Origin: Octopus sinensis
Taxonomy: Eukaryota
Direction: 5' to 3'
Assembly: GCF_006345805.1 (NCBI RefSeq)
Contig: NC_043009.1
Coordinates: forward strand, 33,542,001 to 33,606,000
DNA: 64,000 nucleotides
Both the position numbers and the translations under genes were made by a program. The notes beneath the pieces are model-generated. The model saw nothing but the letters and a program-made list of their open reading frames with translations, had not been told where the DNA came from and made no database searches. Below, piece after piece: positions 37,973-51,006 of the stretch. Numbering within the stretch: position 1 is the stretch's first letter; every line of letters starts with the position of its first letter.

Positions 37973-39383
37973 TCATATATGTATGTATAGGAAAAGTACC
38001 GTTTATGAAAATTGTTTTCATGTGGGGCAAGGAGGTAACTGCCAGCAGTTATATAGAGGGATTGCCTGAAATATGGAGCCGAAGTAACGGAGTCTTTAGA
38101 ACACAGGGCAAAGTAGTTTACGGTATTTGTTTTGTCTCTAAGGCGTTTTGAGTTCATGGCTGATAAATAATGTCATCGGTTCCATGAAGAGGATTGGCCG
38201 AGCGGCTAAAACGGCGTGTGTTCTCTGTCTTGATAGTCTGAGTTGTTGTTGTTGGGGGGGGCTGGTGGTGGCTGTGACGTGTTGTGACATTCAGCTTAAC
38301 GGAAGATACACAATACAATTTAACTTTAAACTTTATGAAACTCACAAATATTTATGGGAAAATATTTCTGATGCATTGTATCCATGTTTACTATATTCAA
38401 AACAAAAGTTTTAACGATTTAAACAACTTTGCCCACAGAAATCAGTCGCCTCAAATAGAATCTGTCTACAAGAATAAGTTAATTCTACACCATTTGGAAA
38501 ATAAGGTAAAATCGATTTGGCGCTTGATAAATAGAAATCAGTTGTTGTTAGCAGACATAAGAGAAAGGCTTGGAAAGACAAATATTTTTAAAGGAACAAC
38601 TTGTTTAGGGTAGATGGGCTGTGAAAATTGAATTTTCTTGGTCAGAATGGAAGTAAGTTATCTGAAAATAGAGTTAACTATATTGAGTTTGTGTCAATGG
38701 ATCTGATGAATAACTAGAATAATTTTAAAATCCGCTGCTGTTTGTAAAGGATTATGATCAGAACGATCTAATTCAATGAATTAATAATGTTGTTTAGGGT
38801 CAAATTAAAAGGATGATGCAAGATACAATACCTTCTGGCCTAAGCTGTCTCAAGTTCCAGCTGTCGTCTGCTTCGGTGACAGAAACGTCAGATGTATCAT
38901 ACTTTATCTTAAATTCGTTTCAGTCATTGACGGCAGACATGATGAGAACATTGCTTTGAAGGGTTTAGTCAAACAAACCGAACTCAGAATGAGTACTGGG
39001 AATAAGTACTTATTCTATCGGACTCTTTTCTTGAAGCGTTAGGTCACGGGAACGTCAGCAAACCAACATCGATTGTCAAGCAGTGGGAGAGGACAAACAC
39101 AGGTACAAACATACAGACATATATACGTGTGAGTGTGTATATATATACATACATACATACATACATAATATATACATACATGCATATATATATATATACA
39201 TACATACACACACATATATATATACATACATATATATATATACATACGTATATACATACATGCATATATATATACATACGTATATACATACATGCATATA
39301 TATATATATGTAGATATTTGGATTGTTGGTATGGCTGTTTGTGAATATGTGAAATAGTGTTATAACACATCCTTTATATATAT

Positions 39384-39498
<115 letters not shown>

Positions 39499-40509
39499 TC
39501 TTTTACTCTTTTACTTGTTTCAGTCATTACCACACATATATATATACACACACACACATACGCACTATGGCACCTTTGGGACCGCTAACTTGAGATGACC
39601 TCCAGCCTCATCGAGCAAGAGTAGAGAGAGAGAGATGTTATACATATAAACATATATACATACACACACACTCATTCACACACACACACATGCGGCAAGA
39701 TTCCACGCAGTTTTCATCTACCAAATTCACTCACGGGGCACTGGTCATCCCGGGGCTTCTGTAGAAGACGCTTTCCCGCGCTGAAAGGTTTGTGAAAGAC
39801 TTTTGGGGTTTACTGATGTTAGTGAGGAGAGAAGCGTCCAGACTGTTTTGGAATCTAACTGTCAAGAATTTAGAAGGAGAGTTCTTTAAAAAGAAATAAG
39901 TAGTTACTCTAACGTAAGATGGTGTTGTCACATCATAAAGGAATTTAATGATATCCAGATAAAAATTAACGAGAGAGTACCAAAGATTATTTCTCTACTC
40001 TGTTATACTCTCATTCTTCACAGCAATACAATGTTAAAAAAACTCGCCATTTTTAGCTGTTCATTGTTCAATGAAATTGAGGTACAACGCTTCCCAAAAC
40101 TTGTTTGCTTCGGAATTATTCATGATTGAAACTTTTAAAGAGATTGAAGAAAGCACAACAAATCTTTTTAATGATAAACTGTAAAATCCAAAATGTTTTA
40201 ATAATAAAACGAAAGATTATGCAAAAAGCCTCTTACAGCAGACTTCAACATATACGAATTTAATGTTATTAGAAGCATTTTTATGCACTTTTTCTTCCAT
40301 TTATTGGATACAGTAACAGTAGCGTAGCTGGGGTGGGGCGGATAAGACCGACCCCCTCAAGTAACGCTTTTAGGGGTGGAGTGCATATTTGGAACTGTTG
40401 TGGCACAAACACTCTAGCTATGACACTGACTTAGCAATTTTTATAATGTGCCACAAACAAAACCTACGGATATCATTTTTAGTTGTATCGCCGGGATACC
40501 TGCGTTCTC

Positions 40510-40630
40510 ATTCCTAAGGAATTTTTCGATGCTGTTGTTATTATTTTTAATAAGTTCACTGCCTGGAATCGAACTCAGAATCTTGGGGTTAGTAGCCCGC
40601 GCTCTTAACCACTACTCTATATGCCTGTGG
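40510..40630 (-). mobile_element. tRNA-derived SINE head (family G); not a tRNA gene
   Basis: Minus strand: GCATATAGAGTAGTGGTTAAGAGCGCGGGCTACTAACCCCAAGATTCTGAGTTCGATTCCAGGCAG; A and B boxes present but no paired acceptor stem. Confidence 0.75.
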
Positions 40631-40917
40631 GCAATTATGGAGTGAATTTTAGGGCTTATACATCTAATATTCTCCTATCCTTCCTTAATACCGGTTCCTA
40701 TATGCTGTTCATATCTGCACTCGGTCTGCTTAGGAGGTTGTTCTGTCCTAGCATATGCGCTGCTTCTTTTAGTTTTCGTATTTTCCAGTGGTGTTCTCAG
40801 AACGTAAAGAGCCGGAAGAAATATCACAAAGCGTTTGGTCCGACGTTCAAATGATTTTGCTAATTTGCTATTTCTAATTTCTATCGCGTCTGTATTGTTA
40901 CAGTGCATCTTTAATAG

Positions 40918-41337
40918 GAAGGCAGCGAACTGGCAGAACCGTTAGCATGCTGGGCAAAATGCTTAGCGGTATTTCGTCTGCCGCTACGTCGGGGTTCAAA
41001 TTCCGCCGAGGTCGACTTTAAAGAAAGAATTTATTTCAGAACAATTCCTAACCCAGTTCAATTGGTAAGGATTTGTATAAACCTTCGCTAGCAGCGTTTG
41101 GCCTATACAGTCTTTGGTACACAATATTATTTCCTATCTACACGGGATCCATTTTCGTTTTGGGTGTGGTTCCTTCGGTTTTGGGGGATAAATCTGATAG
41201 TTAGAATGGAGCAGGAAGAGATATAAAGGCAGAAGTTGTGGGGTAGATAAATTAAGTACCAGTTAAGTACTGGGGTCGATGTAATCGACTTGCCCCTTCC
41301 CACAAAATTCCTGGCCTTGTGCCTAGAGTAGAAAGGA
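40918..41337 (+). mobile_element. Family-B SINE interrupted by a 224-bp copy of neighbouring unique DNA
   Basis: Head 40918-41019, insert 41015-41238 (matches 41717-41939), tail 41240-41337. Confidence 0.9.
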
Positions 41338-42743
41338 GTACATCATTAATACGATACATGTCAGCTCGAATATCTGTTACATTACATCTAGTATCAATTT
41401 CATTTGTAAGGAGGCAGGCTGGCAGAATCGTTACCGCGACGGAAAAGAATGCTTAGTGATATTTCTTCCGACTTTACGTTCTGATTTCAAATTCCGCCGA
41501 GGTCGACATTGCCATTCAGCCTTTCAGAGTCGATAAAAATAAGTACCAATTGAGAAGTGGGTGGGTGTCGATGTAATCAGCTTCCCCCGAAATTGTTAGC
41601 CTTGTGCCAAAATTTGAAACCAAACAATATTCCATTAGCAAAATATATTTTAGATTTCTCTATTATGTCGAGATATGTTACATCAATAGCAACCATGAGA
41701 GAAGGTTAGAATTTACACTTTAAAGAAAGAATTTATTTCAGAACAATTCCTAACCCAGTTCAATTGGTAAGGATTTGTATAAACCTTCGTTAGCAACGTT
41801 TGACCTATACAATCTTTGGTACACAATATTATTTCCTATCTACACGGGATCCGTTTTCGTTTTGGGTGTGGTTCCTTCGGTTTTGGGGGATAAATCTGAT
41901 AGCTAGAATGGAGCAGGATGAGTATAAAGGCAGAAGTTGCAGACGAGTGGAATCAATTCTGTAGCAGCAGCAGTTAAATATAGAACGACTTTGGATAGAT
42001 TCAGCTTTCGGTTACATTTTCACGATAGCATCCAGAATAAATTTTAGAAGAAAAAAAAAAAAACCCACGCGAACGCGTGCTAGCAGAGAACGTAAGAATG
42101 TCAAGATTATGTTCTTGTTATCCATGCATTTCAGCTAAATTCTTCATGCTTGATAACAGATTCCATGAATAATGTCCATATTATTTAGATAGTTGAATGG
42201 TTTATCGTTAACATAACAATGATTGCTCAGAAACGTATATTAACTCAGTTTCAGCATAATCACACCAATACACTTGACGCTGAGACATAGCGCAATTTCT
42301 ACAAACATGTATTTATATATTCAATCCGGCATGTGAACACAGACTTAAGTGTAACATTTCTCACCAAACACACTGCTCTTGGATATTAATAGAACTTTTT
42401 AAATACCGGTTTTACCTTTTTACACGCAGCGAAACACCACCAAACTCGATGTACCTGCCTGGTTCGAACTAACAGACACGCCTCCCGTAAAATGGCATAA
42501 AAACTATCGCTGTGTCATCTTGACACACAGCCCCCTTCGTCATTAACCTGCCTCCTCCTGCCACTCACTGGACCACCACCACCACTACCACCACCATCTC
42601 TCCAATCCTATTTGCCCCCCCCCCCTCCACGTCTGTTTGTTTACTTTCTTTGTATCTTTTATTTGTGTCAGTCATTAGAGTGCGGCCATGCTGGGGCACC
42701 ACCTTGAACGAGTTTAGTCGAACGAATTGACCCCAGTATTTTT

Positions 42744-42791
<48 letters not shown>

Positions 42792-43609
42792 TAAAACCTG
42801 GAATTTAATCTATCGGCCCCTTTTGCCGAAGCACTAAGTCATGGGGGCACGTAAACACGCCAACACCGGTTACCAAGCGGTGATGTGGGAAAATACAGAC
42901 ACAGAGACATACACGCATTATATATATATATATATTATATATATATATATATAATATATATATATATATATTATATATATATATATATATTATATATATA
43001 TACTCTTTTACTTGTTTCAGTCATTTGACTGCGGCCATGCTGGAGCACCGCCTTTAGTCGAGCAAATCGACCCCAGAACTTATTCTTTGTAAGCCTAGTA
43101 CTTATTCTATCGGTCTCTTTTGCCGAACCGCTAAGATATATATATACATACATACATACATACACACATACTTATACACAAAGAGCTTCGTTCAGTTTCC
43201 TTCTACCAAATCTACTCACAAGGTTTTAGTCGGTCCGGCACTATAATAGAAGATGCTTACTCAAAGTGCCGTGCGATAGGACTGAACCCGGAACCATGTG
43301 GTTGGGAAGCAAACTTCCTACCGCTCAGCCACTCCTGCGCCTATTTGTCATTGTGTCTTTTTTTTATTTACTTTTTTGTTTGTTACCAATTTTGTTTTGT
43401 GTTTTGCTTGTTTTTTCTTTTACTCAAAGATAATTGAAATGTAGTGGGGTCACGAGATATATTAACGGAGCGCTACCGTTAACCGTCTGGTGTTGAGTTC
43501 AAACTCAATGAGTTCACTCAATGCTGGAACTCAAGGTTTCTCCATTTGCCGAGAAGAGAAGAAAACTGGAGAAATATTTATCGATTGGTGAGCCAATGAC
43601 GGTTAACTT

Positions 43610-44260
43610 GACGATGATGATGATGATGATGATGACGATGGGGAGGAGGAGGAGGAGGAGGGAGGAGGAGGAAGACGAGGAGGAGGACAAGGAGGACTAC
43701 GACGACGACGATGATGATGATGATGATGATAATGATGATGATGATGATGATGATGTCTGTGTGTGTTTTTGAGTAGATAGATAGATAGATAGACAGAGAG
43801 AAAGAGGGAGAAATATATAAACAGACAGGCAGACAGACAGACAGACAGACAGACAGATGCGTGCATATATGCATATAGTTATCATCATCATCATCATCAT
43901 CATCATCACACACATCATCAACCATGCTCTATAGAGCCTCGGCAACCTAATTCTTCCGAATCAACAACATGGAAAAGATAATCCTGAAGTAAAGGGCAAG
44001 TACATGCATACATACATGCATTCATGCATACGTACATGCATACGTACGTACACACATACATACATACTACATACATACATATATACATACATACATACAT
44101 ACATACATACATACATACATTCATGCACACGTGCATGCATACGTACATACACACATATACACATACATACATACATGCATACATACATACATACATACAT
44201 ACATACATACATACATACACATGCACATACAGACAGACAGACAGACAGAAGACAGGCAGA
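43610..44260. repeat. Compound (GAT)/(GAG)/(GAC)/(CAGA)/(TACA) microsatellites
   Basis: Read directly. Confidence 0.95.
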
Positions 44261-44334
44261 ACGACAGAGGAAGAGGAGCGAGTGATGGTAGGTGTGTGTG
44301 CTTCATTAGTAATTGTCACCTTTTCTCTGACACA

Positions 44335-45135
44335 GTGTTGAGAGGAATGGGGAGGAAGAGAGGCGCAAGAGGGGACTTGTTTCTTACTGTAGAGGAGAGG
44401 AGGTGGAGTGAGGGAGAAGGCAGATGAAAGACGAGAGAGAGAGAGAGAGAAGGGAAGAGGAGGAGGAAGAGGAGGGGAGATGAGGAGGGGGAAGAAGAAA
44501 GGAGGAGGTGGAGGAGGAGGAAGAGGAAGGGGAAGTGGGAGAGGAAGAAGGAGGAGGGGAGGAGGAGGAGGAAGGGAAGGGGAGAGGAGAAGGAGGAGGG
44601 GGGGAGGAGGAGGAAGAGGAAGGGGAAGTGGGAGAGGAAGAAGGAGGAGGAAGAGGAAGGGGAGTTGGAGAGGAAGAAGGGAGAGGTGGAGGAGGAGAGG
44701 AAGAGGAAGGGAGGAATGGAGGAAGAGGAGTGGAGGAGGAGGAAGAAGAGGAAGTGGGAGAGGAAGAAGAGGAGGAGGGGATGAGGAGGAAGAAGAGGAA
44801 GTGGGAGAGGAAGAAGAGGAGGGGAGGAGGAGGAGGAAGAGGGAGAGGAGGAGGAGGAGGAGGAGGTGGAGGAGGATGTGGTGGAGGGGAGGAGGGAGGA
44901 GGAGAGGAGGAGGTGGTGGAGGAGGAGGAGGAGGAGGAGGAGGAGGTGGATGAAGAGGAAGTGGGAGAGGAAGAAGAGGAGGAGGAAGAGGAAGAGGAAG
45001 GAGGAGGAGGAAGAGGAAGAGGAAGTGGGAGAGAAAAAGAGGAGGAGGGGAGGAGGGGGAAGAAAAGAGCTGATATAAAGAGGGAGAAAGAGGAAGATGA
45101 AATTGGAAGAGCTACAGGTAAGGAATGGAGAGAGA
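44335..45135. repeat. About 800-bp polypurine (GGA/GAG/GAA) low-complexity tract with degenerate GAGGAAGAGGAAGGGGAAGTGGGAGAGGAAGAAG units
   Basis: Almost exclusively G/A on the + strand; source of the poly-E/G/R ORFs. Confidence 0.95.
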
Positions 45136-45174
45136 AAAACGTGACTTAAGTGGTTTCAACAAGATTTACAATAT

Positions 45175-45572
45175 TCTTTTCTACTCTAGGCACAAGGCCC
45201 GAAATTTCGGGGGAGGAGGCCAGTCGATTAGATCGACCCCAGTACGCAGCTGGTACTTAATTTATCGACCCCGAAAGGATGAAAGGCAAAGACGACGTCG
45301 GCGAAATTTGAACTCAGAATGTAGCGGCAGACGAAATACCTATTTCTTTACTACCCACAAGGGGTTAAACACAGAGAGGACAAACAAGGACAGACAAACA
45401 GATTAAGTCGATTATATCGACCCCAGTGCGTAACCGGTACTTATTTCATCCGGCCGAAAGGATGAAAGGCAAAGTCGACCTGGGCGGAATTTGAACTCAG
45501 AACGTAGCGGCAGACGAAATACCACTAAGCATTTCGCCCGGCGTGCTAACGTTTCTGCCAGCTCGCCGCCTT
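45175..45572 (-). mobile_element. Heterodimeric family-B SINE with a 14-bp TSD (one mismatch)
   Basis: Two body units with different tails; AAGATTTACAATAT at 45161-45174 and AAGATTTATAATAT at 45573-45586. Confidence 0.92.
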
Positions 45573-45774
45573 AAGATTTATAATATGGTGCAGTAAGTGT
45601 AGTAGTCGGTTCTGTGAGAATTGAAACCATACTCTCCGAATACCATTTGACTAAAATTCTAACATATTACCACATCGTCCCATTAAACAACTTAGTCTTT
45701 ACAACTGGACCAGTCGACACTGTTTACATCTACCTAGACTGTAGGTTTAATTAGTTTATTGGTCAAACTACAAT

Positions 45775-45860
45775 TAATTAACATTTGGTCACTGAATAAT
45801 TAATTCGTATTTGGTCACTGTTTAATTAATTCGTATTTGGTCACTGTTTAATTAATTAGT
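45775..45860. repeat. About 26-bp tandem repeat (TAATTAATTCGTATTTGGTCACTGTT) x3, degenerate
   Basis: Read directly. Confidence 0.8.
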
Positions 45861-45935
45861 ACTTATCAAAAGGCAATCATTATGGCCAACATGACGTGGA
45901 TGTTTTGTTAGGATACCAAATCCTGAGTTATTTAC

Positions 45936-46054
45936 TTTGAAAGGTCGTCTCCTGTGGGCGCATGGTGCATAAAGGCACGCGTATATGTGTTTGCCGGCAG
46001 ACGACAATCGTTTGTCATAGGCGCCGGCCTGTTGGCCATTTGTGACATCATCAC
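45936..46054 (-). CDS. Candidate 119-nt internal exon, product unknown
   Basis: Acceptor GTGTCTTTTCAG|G at 46055/46054, donor AAA|GTAAAT at 45936/45935, GC-rich, two open frames. Confidence 0.3.
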
Positions 46055-46211
46055 CTGAAAAGACACTGAAATTCTATATATCATTGACAATGAGATTCGG
46101 CTATTATGCCGCTAGTGGACGTCTGCCATTGAGGAGACTAAGCAGGTCGAACTCACAGTTCTGGCATCTACAGCAGACGATTCTCGTCTGGCAATGATAT
46201 AAATAGGAGTG

Positions 46212-46244
<33 letters not shown>

Positions 46245-46420
46245 TCTATCTATCTATCTATCTATCTTACTCTCTATCTATCTATCTTACTCTCTCTCTC
46301 TATCTATCTATCTTTCTATCTAACTCTATCTATCTATTTATCTTTCTCTCTCTCTCTATCTCTCTCTCTCTTTATCTCTCTCTCTGTCAATCTATCTATC
46401 AATCTGACTCTCTCTCTCTG

Positions 46421-48355
46421 TATTTTCTCTTTGATGATGATATGTTGATCTCCTGGTACTGCCACATCGATTATTAGGCACTCTTGTTTGTCCTTCCTAA
46501 AGGTTACTATATCCGGCCTTCGGTGCTCTAACACCTTGTCTGTCTGGAAGTTAAAATCCCTGAGGATTTTTGCCTTCCCCTTTTTGTCCATTACCTTTTC
46601 CTGTGTATGTTGGTACCATGCACCTGTTACCTCGTATCCATACTTCCGGCATAGTAGCCAATAAAGGTTTTGGGTTACCTTGTCGTATCTGCGCTAGTAC
46701 TCTTTCTGCGCAAGATTTTCACAAGCACTAACAATGTGAATCACGCTTTCGACCCTCTTCCCACACATTCTGCAGAGATTCGTTGCACTTGTTGGGTAGA
46801 TATCTCTTTTCACTGAGTTCGTATCCAATGCCTGATTCTGGGCAGTGATGATTAGGCTTTCAGCATTCTTTTTCAGGTCACCCTTGCTGAGCCATCTCCA
46901 TGATGCTTCTTGTCTTTTAATTTGTTAGTTCCACAGTGGAACTGATCACATAATTTCATGCGGAGTAGGGATTCTTCTCTCTCATTGATTTTTCGTGGTC
47001 AGAATTCATGAGCACTCTCAAGTCCATTTTTGGTAAATCCTTCTGCATTAACAGCATACTGTAGCAGGTCTGGCTTGCTATTCACCAAATACTCTGCTTC
47101 GTTTCTTCTTTCACTGTTGATGCACTCCCGTACGCTAATCAGACCACGTCCACCTTTACCCCTTCTCATGTAGAGCCTGTGTACATTTGCCTTAGGGGGA
47201 GGGGCACCATGTATTATCATTGTCTTTCGAGTAGTGCCAAGGGGTTGGTTAATCTCCGCTTGTGTCCATCTCAGGATGGGTGCACTATAGCGGACTACAG
47301 CAGCAGCCCATATGTTGATGGCAGTCACAAGGTTATTTGAGTTGAGTTTTGATTTCAAGAGAAGTTTGAGACGTTTCAGATATGTAGTGATGACCTTGTC
47401 TTTCATTTCTCTGCGTAAGATATTGTCCAGTTCCAAGATCCTTAAGCACTTGTACCCATCATCATCCGGGTCTTCCATTCTCTCTCCGCTTGGCAATTCT
47501 ATGACCCTACAATTTACTCCTTTCCCCCGTTTCAAACTGAGCTCCGCACACTTCGAGATACTGAATACCATCTCTATATCCTTGCTGCACATCTGCAGTC
47601 TCAACCAGCTTCTCCATTTCAGGCTCTGTTTTTGCGAACAGTTTTAAATCATCCATGAAGACAAGGTGGTTGAGACGAGGTCCATTCTTTCTCAGCTCAT
47701 AGTGCGCGTTGATTTTGCGTAGGACAACAGAAAATGGTACCAAGGCTATAAAAACTAACAATGGTGAACAAGAGTCTCCCTGAAAGATACCTCTTTTGAT
47801 TGTTACCTTGGCTAAGTGCTACTTGTTACAGAAAAGACGTGTTTTCCAACTAGGTATGCTGTTCTTAATCAGTGCACACACGTTCTCCGCTATTCCACAC
47901 AAGTCGAACTGGCTTTGCCGGAACTGCGATATGCGATCAGTGTAGCGTTGCACCTTTAATGTTTTTGCCCGCACATATTGTTTTAGGGTTTCGATAACAG
48001 TTTTGAGCGTTTTCTTTTCTGTTTGGTATTTTGCTTCAAAATATGCCTTTGTACCTTTTTTAGCATTCTTCCATTGCTCTTTGGACCATTCTTCTATGCG
48101 ACTCAGATTTTTACGCAAAGTTTTAAATATTGCCTTCAATTCTCCGCTTCCACCATGGCTCCTTCTGTCCGCCTGCTTTCTTCTCTTTCTTTCCAACCAG
48201 TTCATCTACTAAAATTGAGGTGGATCTGATCAAGTCCCTTCTTTCCGTTAGATTTTCCGCCAGAATGTATTTCAGAATCTCGTCAATTTTCTGGGTCGTG
48301 CATTTCACATTGTTACGGTCGAAGCTTCTCAAATTCACCGACTTCGTCTCTGTTC
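46421..48355 (-). mobile_element. R4/Dong-like retrotransposon A (pre-RT region, internally deleted RT, CCHC, partial RLE)
   Basis: EPWWKRRIEGNI, KVQRYTDRISQFRQ, GIFQGDSCSPLL, NHLVFMDDLKLFAK, KSKLN, RLYMRRGKGGRGL, CRMCGKRVESVIHIVSAC, RPDIV..IDVAVPGD; cut off at ...IKEKI by (GA)/(TAGA)n. Confidence 0.93.
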
Positions 48356-49668
48356 TCAAAAAGACAATACTCTCCTTAGAATGTGAGCTGTACCCAACAA
48401 TGCCGTCTTCTGGATCACCTCGAGCCTGACAGCAGCCCCAATATTCTTAATATGTTTTTCAAAGCCCTTGGAAGCTGCTCCTAATGCTCCAATTACCACT
48501 CGGTATCACCATTACTTTCCTCATGCCCCATAACTTTTCAATCTCGTCCCGCAGTGGCTGGTATTTCCCAATCTTTTTTGTTTCTTTACCTTTCAACCTC
48601 GAATCGCCTGGTATTGCAGCATCTATTAACTTTGCTTCTTTTTTATCTTTATGGATGATCACGATATCTGGTCGTCTCGTCTCTTTGATTTAGTCGCACT
48701 GCATGTTAAAATCCCAGAGTATTTTGTAATGTTCGCTTTCACTTTCTCCCTCTGGCTTCTGTTCATATCACTGTTCGGCTCTCTCTCTCTCTCTCTCGAG
48801 GTTTGCTTTACCGCACAACAGCTAGTGGACATATCTGGCCACATGTCGTATCTCCTTTCGTATTCGCTTTGTGCGAGCTTATAGCGCTCACTAACAATAC
48901 GGCTTATACTTTCTCCCTTCTCAGAGCACATCCTACACTGTAGCGAGTCAGTGCTTTTATCAATGTGATATTTGGAGTAGTTTGTTCTGAGAGTTTGTTC
49001 TTGAGTGCTGCACACTGATACCTCAGTGGGCTCTTTTACGTCTCCTTTCTGAAGCCATTACCAGGTTCTATTCCAATCAATCTCATCTTTATTCTTCAAG
49101 AAGTGACTGTGCATCTTCTTGTCCTGCCAAATTTTCTTCATCTGCTCTCTCTGGTCTTTCTTAAATTGTGTCGGATCTACAGCTTTGCTCACTTTAAAAG
49201 TTCCCTGCATTTTCACTGCTTTAATCATTTCTTATTTACTCCTCTTGACATACCAAACCAGGCTATTGTCCTCTTCCCTTACACAACCTTCACAACACTC
49301 CAATCCCCGTCCTCTTTCTTTCCTCTTTACATACAATCTTGACACATCACTCTTGGGGTGTAGTTCCTTGTTCATTGTCATTAATTTACGTGTTCTCTGG
49401 TCTATCTCTTGTAATTCATGCTTCTTCCAAGATACTATTCCTGCCCCATATCTCATCAAACCAACAGCCCATGTGTTAATTGCTCTAATCTTATAGCGGC
49501 CATTTAGCTTCGATTGGAGCACAAGCCGAGTTCTCCTCAAATACTCTTTCCTCTACATTTCTTTCATCTTATATGCATTCATCTTAGCTCTTTCAATGAT
49601 ACCCAGGTACTTATATCCTTTCTCTCCGACTTCCTTTATAGTTTCACCACTTGCCAGCTTGATCCCAT
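48356..49668 (-). mobile_element. R4/Dong-like retrotransposon B (3' half through the stop codon)
   Basis: GIKLASGETI..GYKYLGI, QSKLNG..AINTWAV, HPKSDVSRLY, CRMC, RPDI.IIHKDKKEAKLIDAAIPGD, KYQPL, VIGALG, TAHILRRVLSF*; stop at 48356-48358; 5' side abuts (TCA)/(TTA)n. Confidence 0.93.
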
Positions 49669-49676
49669 AGTGGATT

Positions 49677-49720
<44 letters not shown>

Positions 49721-49738
49721 TATTATTATTATTATTAT

Positions 49739-49978
49739 TGAGTGAGAGAGCAGTTCATGCCATCAAAGTGATACTGGGGTAAAATATACGAAGCCCAATA
49801 TACCCATCATGACTACCCGTCTGATAAAGGTACACCAGGCACATGCATCACAACCATATGTGCGCGACATGGTGATCGCATATCAAGATAAACAGCACAT
49901 GACCTTGCAGGTGAGGCCCAGTTAGAATTTTCTTCAGGTTGAGTAGCCTTATTTTCTTCAGGTTGAGTAGCCATTTTC

Positions 49979-50017
<39 letters not shown>

Positions 50018-50360
50018 TGAGTGAGAGAGCAGTTCATGCCATCAAAGTGACACTGGGGTAAAATATACGAAGCCCAATATACCCATCATGACTACCCGTC
50101 TGATAAGGGTACACCAGGCACATGCATCACAACCATATGTGCGCGACATGGTGATCTCATATCAAGATAAACAGCACATGACCTTGCGGTGGGGCCCAGT
50201 TAGAATTTTTTCTCAGGTTGAGTAGCCCATCCCGCTCAAAAGGTCCCGAATAAGGGTTGTTTAAGGATGTTGAAAGAACCACCCATGTTTCCAGAGGTGA
50301 ATTATTCAAACCCCAAAGAATCCCTCTCAACACATGGCTATGATGCTCCCCCACTACTTC
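49739..50360 (-). mobile_element. Two tandem partial copies of family E separated by (TTA)n
   Basis: GAGTGAGAGAGCAGTTCATGCCATCAAAGTG... starts at about 49739 and 50018. Confidence 0.9.
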
Positions 50361-50414
50361 TGCACCATTATTATTATTATTATTTTATATATTATTATTA
50401 TTATTATTATATTG

Positions 50415-50454
<40 letters not shown>

Positions 50455-50669
50455 GGCGACGAGCTGACAGAATCGTTATCATGCTGGGCAAAATGCTAAG
50501 CGGCATTTCGTCCGTCTTTTCGTTCTGAGTTCAAATTCCGCCGAGGTCGACTTTACCTTTCATCCGTTAGGTGTCGATAAATTAAGTACCAGTTGAATAC
50601 TGGATGTAATCCCTATTCCTCTCCCCCAAATTTCAGGCCTTGTGCCTAAAGTAGAAACGATTATTATTA

Positions 50670-50710
<41 letters not shown>

Positions 50711-51006
50711 TATTATTATTATTCTATATTTGACTTTTGCTTTACATTTGCACAAGCTGGCTCCAAGTCTCGCTCCAGAGACCTCAAGAGCCAACAAGTT
50801 GGAAGTTCATGTTGGTGTGTATGCCTAGGGTGCCATATATTGGTTTGTGACTTAGTGTTGTACTAGTGAATGCCTAAAAAAACACATACGAAAATATGTT
50901 TGTTTTAAACTTGAGATTACAAAGAAATTATTTTGCGTAGGATATGAGCAGTTCCTATATTATTATTATTATTATTATTATATTATTATTATATATTATT
51001 ATTATT

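Noticed and set aside
38130-38310. GC-richer island with short open frames on the minus strand (possible terminal exon)
   Set aside because: The acceptor is non-consensus (AAG), three frames are equally plausible, and the openness comes from simple repeats.
40555-40628. tRNA gene (also considered at 8600-8682 and 55995-56065)
   Set aside because: A and B boxes are present but the acceptor stems do not pair and the sequences run into SINE bodies.
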